Source: Curvularia clavata (taxonomy: Eukaryota). Taken from it: DNA of 64,000 bases. The translations under genes were made by a program, and so were the position numbers. The stretch is taken from the NCBI GenBank assembly GCA_023920165.1, contig CP089279.1, forward strand, positions 1,550,001 to 1,614,000, in the 5' to 3' direction. Position 1 is the first letter of the stretch; every line of letters begins with the position of its first letter. The notes beneath the pieces were generated by a model. The model was not told the origin of the DNA and ran no database searches. It worked only from the letters and a program-made list of their open reading frames with translations. Below, piece by piece: positions 48,498 through 59,447 of this stretch.

Positions 48498-49100
48498 TCA
48501 TCCCACACGCTGCTTCAAGTGTTGTCCCCGCGTCCTGTGTGGAGGCGGGCGTTTCGCAGAAGAATTACGCTCCGGCTGTTTCTTCGTCTGCTTCAGAGAA
48601 GCATGTCCACCCGCACCATGCTTCATCGCCTGCACCACAGCCTCGATAACAAATCCTGTCTCCTTACGCACCTCAGCGTACTTTGCCGGAATCAAAGGTG
48701 ACTGAATATGCAATCTCAGACTGCCTGTCAGATTCAGCGTCTTGCCTGCCCTTAGCACATTCATCAGATCCGGCTTGTCTCGAATCGCCTGGACATCGAC
48801 AAACATGCCTCGCTCATTGTAGCCGCGTTCTTTTAGTTCGTCTTTAATGGCATTGCGCAGACGGCGTCTTGCCCATGCCCGCACGCAACTCGATTTGTTC
48901 AGGTCGACGCCCGTAGTTGCATGCCACCATAGACCTTCTTTCTTACGCTCCGCCTGCCTGCGCTTCTGCGTCTCGTGCAAAGGGTGCGAGAAGTCGACAA
49001 CGACGTGATTCGTGATGAAGTTTCTGTACTCTGGCGCGTAGTTCACTTTGAATGTCTTGAGTTGGTGGCGAGCGAGGGTTGCAACGACATTATTCTTCAT
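48498..49100 (-). CDS. Small basic hypothetical protein, RnpA (RNase P protein)-like topology, possibly mitochondrial
   Basis: 200-aa ORF with ATG, divergent from eIF1A. Segments FKVNY, GLWWHATTG, KSSCVRAWARRRLRNAI and GSLRLHIQSPLIPAKYAEVRKE. Confidence 0.7.
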   Translation of the reverse strand: MKNNVVATLARHQLKTFKVNYAPEYRNFITNHVVVDFSHPLHETQKRRQAERKKEGLWWHATTGVDLNKSSCVRAWARRRLRNAIKDELKERGYNERGMFVDVQAIRDKPDLMNVLRAGKTLNLTGSLRLHIQSPLIPAKYAEVRKETGFVIEAVVQAMKHGAGGHASLKQTKKQPERNSSAKRPPPHRTRGQHLKQRVG

Positions 49101-49435
49101 GACTCTTTTTTAATTTTTTTTGTTGGTCGTTCACATTCAAGGGAATACGCACGATGACGTTGATTGCAAAATGGTAAGGCTAAAAAACGGTCACAAGGAA
49201 ATGAGGTTTGCTGCTCGGGTGAGCGCCCAACCCTAGGCTCAACGTGGGCAAGCGCGAGGCGATTAGCGTGCAATGTGCAGGGCAGGCAATCCCACAGTGA
49301 CTGTATTGGAATCAACTGTTGGTGCAGAACAACGGGGCCCGCCACTACATAAGAACTTGCGCCCGTCTTTCGAGTCCCCCGACTCCCCACCCTTTACTTA
49401 CCACAAAACAATAACCGACTTCGACAGCTGCAAAC

Positions 49436-50198
49436 ATGCCGAAGAACAAGGGAAAGGTATGTTCGATCTTGTTCGCCTAGCTGTGTTGGAGGGGCAAGGC
49501 TTCCTCCCCACTACGTCCGCACACACAGCACCCACGTAGCTGCTAGGCCCCAACACCAAGCAGCGTTTCACCCCATTTCCTTCATAAAAAGACGACAAAA
49601 CTTTTTTTTTGTCAAGAACATCCACTACTCTCATAGACTGTCCCGCAAAGTGCCACAAACCCCATACTGACGCCATCTCCGCGTAGGGCGGTAAAAACCG
49701 ACGCAGGGGCAAGAACGAGAACGACAATGAAAAGCGCGAACTCGTCTTCAAGGAGGAAGGCCAAGAATACGCACAAGTCGTCAAGATGCTCGGAAACGGA
49801 CGTCTAGAAGCTCAGTGCTTCGACGGCGCCCGGCGTCTCGCACACATCCGTGGCAAGCTGAGGAAGAAGGTCTGGATCAACCAAGGTGACATCATTCTGC
49901 TCTCGCTGCGCGACTACCAGGATGAGAAGGGAGATGTTATCATGAAGTACTCTGGTACGTTTGAGATGCTTTAGAAGAAAGAAGGATTTTGGAGCTAATG
50001 CGTGGTACAGCCGACGAAGCCCGTTCATTAAAGGCCTACGGCGAACTTCCTGAGAACGCAAAGATCAACGAGACAGACACCTACGGCGACCAGGGCGACG
50101 AGGGTATCGGTTTCGAATTCGACGAGGACCGTGATGATAGCGATTCGGATGAGGCTGAGGGCGGTGCCAAGAAGGAGATTGATATTGATGATATCTAG
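49436..50198 (+). CDS. TIF11: Translation initiation factor eIF1A
   Basis: [19 protein letters not shown]... with intron 49457..49686; [21 protein letters not shown]; intron 49955..50010; acidic tail ending DIDDI*. Confidence 0.97.
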
Positions 50199-50601
50199 AG
50201 GGCAGGCACCACGAGAAGGAGTGGAGGTATTTCCGCCATGCTGTCTCGACTCTGCGCTTTTCGCTTCCCACAGCTTCTGGCGTTTACTTTGCGGTAGCGA
50301 GGGTTGGGCTGCTCAAATGCTGCTTCTTGCGAGCGGGCGGATGGGAGAGAGAGGGGGAGAGAGAAAAGGGGAAGAGAGTGTCTTTAATCAGTTGATTATG
50401 GTAATGGTTGAGCCTATTAAAATAGTTCTTCTTCCACTTGTGCTTCTTTTTGGTACATACATGTTCTCACGTCCCATGATTCGAGTTCAACACATTTTCG
50501 ATCTCTCCATTATACAACATAACAATAGCAGCACGAAAATTTTCCAAAAACAAAGTCCCTTCATGATCTTAGCTCCCAAAAAAGGCCATCCATTTACAAC
50601 C

Positions 50602-53484
50602 TTAACTAAACACCTGCAACTGCATATCCTCGTATACGCTCCGATTCAAAAACCGATGTACCCTCCTCCCCACATCAGTGCCCACCAGCCAGCAAATCTC
50701 ACGCTCACTCATATTCGCCACCTCGAGTATACTCTCGCTCTTGAGCATCAGCGTACGAACCGCATTCTCATTAATACCCGGCAGTGCCCTTAGCATATCC
50801 TGGCTCGTCTGGTTGAAACTGCGCATTTCATCACCGCTGAGGTTAGGATCGAGACCAAGCTGGACTGCGCGCAAGGGATCAGGCTCATCTTGTTGTTTCT
50901 TTAGCTCGGCGAAGATTTCGGCGGTTTGGTAGGGCGATGAGGACCAGATGATGCGGAGGCGGGGGAAGGCGAGGGTCAGCATGACGAGTTTGGCCTGTAG
51001 GTCCGAGGAGGTGGGCGCGCTGTTAGATGCTGCAGGGGCGGAGAAGTCGGTGAAGGGTTCGAGGGTGAAGGACTTGTTTTGGTCGAATTCGATCAGGAGC
51101 ATAGGGTGCTTGTAGTGTTCAGTCATGGATTCGACTTGATTGAAGAGACGGCCGTTGGCGAATGATTGTATCAAGTCGCGGATAGATTTGCGCTCAACGC
51201 AGATTTGGGGTGTGAGGACATAGTCGCCGACTGTGAGCATGCAGGGCACGATTACCATGGAGCGGCCATGGAGCAGGGAAGGGAGAGATGAGCGGAACTC
51301 TCGCACGTCAATGACTACGCGAGGGGGTTCAGCAGTAGCAGCCAGTCGACCTCCTCCTGCTATCCTGGTGTTGATTGTCCGCAAAAAGGATTCTTCGGGC
51401 GCAAGATTGGCAGACGGATTTTGCGTAAAGGCCATGTTTGCACGCTCTTTAATCAGCCGTGTGAAGGCGTCTTTTTCGCGGCGGACGGCTGACAGGTAGC
51501 GTTGCTCCTCCACGCTGCCACCGTAGTACATGAAGAACACTTTGACGGTCCGGTCTGTGTGCGAGGACCGGTACACTTCGATGCGCCGAATAAAGGCGGC
51601 GTCTGGCTCGTACATGATGACATATCTGGGTTTCGTTTCGTCGAGAATGTGCTCATCTAGATCGCCTGAGTATGGGTGCACAATGATCAATGAATTCATG
51701 TCGAAGAGCTCGTAGTAGCTTTCCATATTTTCCAAAGGATCGAAGCCTACTTCTCCTGGCTTTTGCGCTGCTTCCACTTCCGTGGGCTCCAGTTCAGCCA
51801 TGAGGCTGGCAATATGTGCGTCACGATCTCCCGCTGTGCGGACCGCACCTGTATCGCCCCTCGAAGGACCTGCTGCTGCGTTGCCTCCACCTCTTATGCG
51901 ACGCCGCTTGTTAGGTGGAGGTTTGCCCGAAGTCTGACGCATCCCGCTTTGTACGCTCTTGTCTGTACTGGTATTGATGGCTTTTTGGTTTTCTGAAAAT
52001 AGAGCAGCACTGACTTTGCTGAAATCGCGTTTCCAGGCAAGGTAGTTGCGTAGCTTGCGTCGCAGCATGAACTTTGCTGATGGTTCATACTCTTCTTCGC
52101 CTTCGTCTGCGTCACCTTCTGGCTTGACGTACATAGTCTGCAGGTATTCTCGTAGCTGGGAGGCGGTGCCTTGGTCGCCGCACATTATGAGTATGGATCC
52201 ATTCGAAGAGTCCTGTGGTGTGGGATTCAAGTATGTGTCTTGTTCAATCTCCTGCAAGATTTCTGCTAGCTGCACCCACTTGGGGAACTCTTCAAGGACA
52301 GGCTCTAATGAATCTGGTACTGCGTTTGAGGCGTTGGCTAGCTCAGCGTTGGACACTTTTCCTGTGTACACCCTCCGCTTCGCTGTTGTAAAGATAGTAT
52401 CGGCAGCGTCCAAGAACAACCAAGGGGATTGGTTTTGCTTCGTTGACCCGGGTGGTGGTTGAGAGGCAGCCAAGACAGTATCAAGGTACTTGTTGAAGTT
52501 TACAGCGTCGTATGTGAGAAGTGCATGCAAAATGGTCCGCAAGAGCGACAAATCGCGAACGACCTGGCGCGTCTTGAACGTAGTCCGATGCCAAACAGGG
52601 TCCAGCTGTCGTCGAATGATTTGGTCAAAGTTCTTATGCAATGCGCTATCCACTGTCCAGTCTTCGACTTCCAAGCCTGGATTTGCCTTTTTGAGCTCGC
52701 TGATGCTGGCTTCCACACATGCTAAGACGGCGTTCTGTATATCCTGCATTGCTTCCGTCATGGGAACCTCTAGTTCGATGACTTCGGCTTTTTTGCGCCC
52801 TTCGAGTGACTTCGCAACGGCAACATGGAATCTTGGGTACAACGCTGGCTTTGTTAAGAAGAGATTCTTCATCATATTGGTGAGCGGGGCAAATCCAGTG
52901 GTGAATGGCTCTGGCGTGTCTGAAAAAGCCTTCAGAAAGCCAACCTTGTTCTTCTGCCGGTATATTCTCAAGATGAAAGCTTCCAAGGACGTTGCCACCA
53001 CCCGCTCGGCGTGCAGAACCACAACACCAGTCACCGTCTCGGGGTTGAGCAGTCCAGACAAGAAGTCGACAATGAGGATGCGCGACGTGATGCTGAATAT
53101 ACCGCCCTGGGCATACATCTTCTCGCGTGTCCCGACGCTCATGAGATCAGTATTTACCAGACTGAGACCACGACATTTGGGCGCATTGCTGACTGCCGCA
53201 TGCTCAGCCAGCGCCTCACCAATCCACACATTCTCGCGGTCGTCAGCTCCAACGAGCAGTATGAGGTTGTTTCCGGCGGCATCGTACGAGTGAAGGAGAT
53301 TGGTGACTATGCGCAAAAGGCCCAGGCCGCGCGCAAGGAGGACGAGCTCATCTTCCCCGCGCAGCTCATTGAAGATGTCCTGTTGGAACTCCTATGATGT
53401 CATTAGTCTAAGGTGGTGCATGTCGACATGGGAACAAACAAGAGGCAGCGAGAGCTTCACAGGAGCTTGCGCATCGCTGGGCAT
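50602..53484 (-). CDS. RAD1: XPF/Rad1 (Rad16, MUS-38) structure-specific endonuclease
   Basis: Exon 1 53484..53440 and intron 53439..53392. Helicase-like domain (SITSRILIVD, KAFSDTPE); nuclease motifs VVIDVREFRS and VGDYVL...VERKS; C-terminal HhH (LRALPGI). Confidence 0.95.
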
Positions 53485-53803
53485 CGGGTAGTGCTCCGAC
53501 TGTCGTGACGGAGTAGGTGGGACAAGGTTGTGGTTGCGGTGCGCGTTCGGAGGTTTGCGCGGGCCTTACGCCAGGTCACATGAGCGCAAGCTTACCACCT
53601 GTGCATTAGAGTGATATCTGGGAAATAGGTAACTTTTCTGAGGGGTCCATGCCTCAGCTTGATCTGGTTTAAAATACAAGGTTGTTATGATATTGCGAAT
53701 GCGTAAAATTGATTTAGATTTTTCAAGCGGCTTCGAGTGTGGGATTCGTAATACATATAAAAATACAAATAGCAAGAGACAAAATCCAGTTAGCCATGCT
53801 CAT

Positions 53804-54317
53804 TCATTCAGCGCTGGCCCGGATTTCTGCCTGTCTTCTCCTGCTCTCAGCAGCATAGGCGTCTCGCTCATCTCTGCGAGCCTGTTGCTCTGCTGCGGAC
53901 CTCTTCGCATCCATTTCCTTCTGTGCAGTCCAGACTAGATTTGGTTAGCAGGCTGGTTCAGCAGTGACGGTGGTCAATCACGTACTGGGCTTATTGGACC
54001 GCGAAGCTTCCTTCAGCTGACCGACGAATGCATCAAAATCCTTTTGTCTTTGCTCTCTGCCTTCAAGAGCCTTCTTCTGGAGTTCTGGGCTGTACCTCTG
54101 CAGAAGATGTAAGCAAGCTGGAAGACGCATGCACGTGGCAAAGTGGATGTACCTTGAAGATTTCTTCCTCTGTGGGTGTAACATACCAGACAAGGGCTGG
54201 CCCACCTATGCAGAGGAAAGCGCCTCTTTTGAGAAATTAGTGCCATGTTTTCAAATAGCAATGAGGCATTACGACATACGCTGAGATGGCCTTGATGTAC
54301 GTTTGGGCGGACGGCAT
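53804..54317 (-). CDS. CBP4: Complex III assembly factor Cbp4
   Basis: Introns 54279..54226, 54152..54098 and 53985..53935 give MPSAQTYIKAISAGAFLCIGGPALVWYVTPTEEEIFKRYSPELQK...KEASRSNKPIWTAQK...AE*. Confidence 0.88.
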
Positions 54318-55448
54318 GTTTGTATCGTTTGCAAGCTGACTTGATGCTCGACAGGGCTTGTGCAATGGTTCCGGCAGTATCGGCAAGCACGGCTGGGTGT
54401 GTGCAGGGAGAGAACGTGCACAGCCCAAGTGGTGAAGTCAACATTCTACCCACCACGACGCCACGATGCAAAGAAGCTAGCGGGGCGCGCCACAACGGCC
54501 GTCACGTGGAGCTGCGCGTCGTGGCGCACCGCCACTGGGGCTCATGCAATCCCCCCAGGGTATCGTGATCGGCAGGGCCTCCCCCGCTTTGATTGGGCGG
54601 CGTGCTTCAGCTGCATTATCTGTATGATCTCCACCCGCTCTGCAACTCGGTTCGTAAAGAGACGCTTCTCTGCCCCGCCGACGGTTCCTCTCGCGCCGCT
54701 GGGCACTCAATCCGCTTGCCTTCCACCCCGAGCCACCCGGGCTGACGACGACCGTGATGCGGATCCAGGCATGGCCTCATGACCTTGTCGTTGTTTTCGC
54801 TACCATGGCTGCTCATTTAATCTACCCGCAGTGCTGCTAATTACCGGCCATGATTCGCCTGTTCCCCGACACCCCAGTCGCTTGATGCGGCGTTTCAGAG
54901 CCCCGGATAGCTGGTATTGTCACACTTTCTTCTTTATTTCGTCATGCAAGGGTGCTTCTGCGCTCAATGGACTGGCCGGAAATCTCGAGTTGAAACGTGA
55001 GAGGCGAGTAATTGGATCTCACCCCGTGTTTGAGGAGCGCAGCCGCAGCCACAACCGTAGCCGTAACCCCCCAATAGGCGTCTGTTGCCGACCATCTGGA
55101 GTCGCACAACCTCTACCTGTCCACACCCTTTCTTGGCCTCTTGATCTCTTGCTGCTGTTTTGACTTGCCTGCCTCCTGCACCGTTACGACCCTTCTTTAA
55201 TTTCGACCAACCCTTGCAAGTACCAAGACTACCAACCGATTCCCCACGTCCACCGGTAGCCAACGTACGCGACAGACACGCCGAACCAGGTCCGGCCCTT
55301 GAAAGCGCGCCTGCGCAGGCGCACTTAAGAGCTACACTCCCCGCCCTTCGCACGTCGCTGCCAGCTTGCTTGCTTGCGAGCTTCTTGACATAGATAGTGC
55401 TGTTACCCCCATTGTCCCCGACAACCCCGCCCCAATCGCACCGTCGCA

Positions 55449-58400
55449 ATGGCATACCAGCAGCAGTACGGCCACTACGCGCACCCACAACAGCAGCACT
55501 ACGACCAGGCAACACCACAGCAGAGGCAGCAACAGCATCAGGGCTATGACGATTACCATGGCCAGCAGTACGACCAGAACTACTATGATTACGGTTACGA
55601 CCAAGGAGGCAATGAGCACTGGGACAATGGCTATTATGATCAAGGAGCACGGGGGAATGCGCAACAACACGGCGGTCACCAAGACATGAATGGATATTCA
55701 AGGCAGGCCCCGCCAAATCAGGGACGTCGACACCCGCCGCAAGATCAATACTACCAGGAAGAAGCATACAATGACCCGTACTACCAACAGCCGCCTCCAC
55801 AGAATCAAAGTCGAAGACCCCCTCCCCAGCAGCGACAAGACCCTCGTAATCGACCAATGGGCAGAGGAAATGGGCCACCACCAAACCAGCAGCAGGGTCG
55901 GGGTGGGCTGAGGCCGCCAGGTATGCTATACTATCCTTCAGCGATCGACAAAGGCCGCAACGTCATGACATCGAACATCATACTAATCTCCATGTATAGG
56001 CCTTGATCGGTCTCTTCTGAATCCCCCAGCGCCAAAGAAACTGCCCCAAGACAATCCCTTTCCAGTCTTTCCTGCACAAAAACAAAAGCAACCAGGCGCA
56101 AACCCACCAATCGACCAGAGCATGGCGCAGATGAACATCAATGACAACGCAGGGCCCAGAGGTCTTCCAGGGCGAGGGCAGCCCATGCAATCTCAGAGAG
56201 CGCCGCCCAACGCCCGGCAAGATTCGGGGCACTTCGAAGGCCAAGGTTCACGACAGCCTCGGAATCAGATGCCGCCGAGTCAACGGCCTCCGCAAATGAA
56301 CGTTGATACTAGCAGAAGACAAGTGCCGCACCGTACATCCGACCCCATGTCTCCATCCAGGCGAGCTTTTGGCCAAAACACTCAGCGTTCTGTCACCATG
56401 CCTCACAATCCACCCAATGGTAATGCAATGGGGGGTTACAACGGCCAGCAACAGTATGCTGAGCCTGGTAGTGTGTCTGGCTACCAGGGTCCTACATCAC
56501 CGACTCATGTTCCACCTAGGCCAAGCACTGCTGGAGGATCCAGACCGAATGGACCCCCGATGCAGCAAGGACCAAGGCCTCCAATGCCGCAAATGCCGCT
56601 TCAACAATCTCAACAAGCGCAAAGTGACGACCACTCAGGCCTGGACAACTTGTACGATGATTACTATACCCAAGATGACCGCAAGAGCATGGGGACTGCA
56701 ATTGACATGCCCGACTTTGATGCTATACCAGAAACAAACAACAAGCATCGACGAGGCGATTCAATTGATTGCCACCTGAGCCCGGCCAACGAGATACAGG
56801 CTTACACTCCACCGGCCGCTCCTGCAAACGCAAGTGCTCAGCCCAACGGTAACGCTCAAGGCCAGTTGTCGCGAAGCCGGTCGCAGCCTAATCTTAATGA
56901 CCAATACGCAAATGGTGTGCACCAAATGGATGCAAATGCTCCTCCTATGCCAGGGCTGCCAAGAGCAAATACTGGGTTTGCGGGTCAGGGAGGTGCACCA
57001 AATGGTGCTCGAGGTCGGGGGCCACCACCTAGAGGGATGACGACCGATGGTATGTATCGTGGACTGCCTAATCATGGTCCTATGCAGGGGCAGCCCCAAA
57101 ACTTCGACCCCAGGTACGGGCGCAACCCACCAGGAGTCCAAAGGCTCTATTCAGACGAGTCAACCTATTCAGAGCCGCCACCGAACACGCGAAATTTCAC
57201 ATCACCACCGGCAGCTGGTAATCTCATTCCTCGACCAGGAACAGCAGCGCCGGCTCCAGGACGTAACCTCAGTGATCCGATGGGTAGAAGACCTGGTACC
57301 ACTCAGCCTCAGTCAAATCCAGACGCCCTTCCAGCACATCCGGTGCCTGTACGAGCGGGACTGATGCAACAAGGACCACCACAGCCCCAGCCCCAGCAGC
57401 CCCAGCAATCAATGCCCCAGAACTCCAGACCACCACCAGTCCGTCAGTATAACAACGAACCAGGACGCCCAAGTCAGGACAGTCAGCACTCATCTATAAA
57501 GCGAAACAGTGCGCAGAACGCTGCGCCGCATCCAGTCACATATGATGAGCTGAATAGATTACGCAATGCCTGGAAGCAGTCCAATTCTTCTGATATTGCC
57601 ACAGGCCTGAAATTGGCAAAGAAGCTTGTCGAAGCGTCTAGCGTACTGGCTGACGAAGGAGGCACAGCCGACAACCGGACGAAGAGCAAGAACCGTGAAA
57701 AGTTCATGCAAGAAGGCTATAAGATAGTGAAGAAACTAGTCAGCATTGGATCTCCCGATGCTATGTTCTATCTTGCCGACTGCTATGGCCAAGGCACTCT
57801 CGGCCTACAGGTGGACACAAAGGAGGCGTTCACTCTCTACCAATCCGCCGCAAAAGCAGGACATGCTGCAAGTGCGTACCGAACAGCCGTCTGCTGTGAG
57901 ATGGGTCACGAGGAGGGTGGAGGCACGAAGAGAGATCTTGTCAAAGCTGTGCAGTGGTACCAGCGCGCAGCGGCACTGGGCGACACGCCTGCAATGTACA
58001 AAATGGGCATGATTCTTCTGAAGGGACATTTGGGCCAGCAGAAGAACTTTGGCGAAGCCATCAACATGCTCAAACGCGCTGCCGAACGCGCTGACCGAGA
58101 CAACCCACATGCCCTTCATGAGCTAGCGCTCATCTACGAAGCACCAACTGGCAATGAACGTGTAGCACGCGACGAGGCATACGCACTGCGACTCTTCCAT
58201 CAAGCTGCAGAACTTGGCTACAAGTTTTCTCAATTCCGCCTTGGGCAAGCGTACGAGTACGGGCTTCTGGGATGCCAGATCGATGCCCGTACAAGTATTG
58301 CATGGTACACCAAAGCTGCCGCACAAGAAGAACATCAGAGTGAGCTCGCCTTGTCCGGATGGTATCTGACGGGTACAACTGGTATCCTCGAACAAAACGA

Positions 58401-58761
58401 TAAGGAAGCCTATCTTTGGGCACGCAAAGCAGCATGTGCGGAGCCTCCGCTACCAAAAGCCTTATTTGCGATGGGATATTTCACTGAAGTGGGTATCGGT
58501 TGTTCGAGGAGTTTGGAAGAGGCGAAAAGATGGTATGGAAGGGCTGCTGGTAAGTCCTTTTTCCTTATTTCGATGACTTCCATGTCATGAATGAAACAGA
58601 ATGGTGCATTTGACTAACTTGCGTCTGTAGCATATAAATTCCCCAAAGCCCAAGAACGCCTCGAGGAGCTGAAGAAGGGAGGAAGCAAGGCTCAGATGAA
58701 GAGGGAGAGGCTGAGTAGGACGAACCAAAGGCAACAGGAGGAGAACTGTACGGTCATGTAG
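55449..58761 (+). CDS. SKT5: Chitin synthase activator Skt5/Chs4 (Sel1-like repeats), with CaaX prenylation motif
   Basis: Introns 55921..55999 and 58550..58630 keep frame. SEL1 repeats (AMFYLADCYG, SAYRTAVCCEMG, AMYKMG, SQFRLGQAYEYG, SELALSGWYLTG, FAMGYFTEVGIG). Ends ENCTVM*. Confidence 0.9.
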
Positions 58762-59447
58762 AATCCAGGCGGATTCTGTGACTACCAATCATCCGTTTGA
58801 ATAAGCTGCTTGTTCACTTTTTTGCATTGGAAAAATAAGCCATGCGCGCTAGGAGTACAACGGCGTTTGGGTGATACTCAGCTGGGTATCTGAGGGGATC
58901 CTCTTGGTCTTTTGCGTGCTCAACTAAATGAATTGGGAATCACCCCTGTGGGGAATGCGTGTCCGTGGTCTTTGTACTCGTAGCGTTTAGTTATGAGTAC
59001 TCTCTTCCTTTTTCCAGTCTTTCTTTAACATACTAAGGTGCATGGTCACGAACACTTGCTAAGCCATGTACATGACGTTTTGAGGGTGCATCTCTTTGGC
59101 TTTCATGTTTGTAGGAGCACATGTGCGGGGCTAAAAGGTAGGCTGTGCTAAGCCTCGTCAGGAGCTGCAGCGTTCCTTCCTGTGATAAGAAGCCGGCTGC
59201 CTAAATTCCAGCCTCATCATCTGGGTTCAACGCTTTTGTTCCTTCTGCTTTCAAACCCACCTCGCCTTGTTGCATCTGGGCAATAGCCTGGGTTTCTTAT
59301 CAAGTCGCGAATAGGTGCACTCCAGTACCGTCACGAGAGACTACATCGCTGCAACAGTGCAGCCTTACTACGTTACCAAATTTTACGACAAGCCAAGTCA
59401 CACCCATCACCCGGTCTATAGTAGCTTGGTTTTCAACGCCCAAAGTC

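Noticed and set aside
15089..53484. Apparent concentration of genome-maintenance genes (DCAF, SMC5, DBF2, RING, RAD1)
   Set aside because: They are interspersed with unrelated metabolic genes, which is consistent with ordinary gene order. There is no evidence of a functional cluster.
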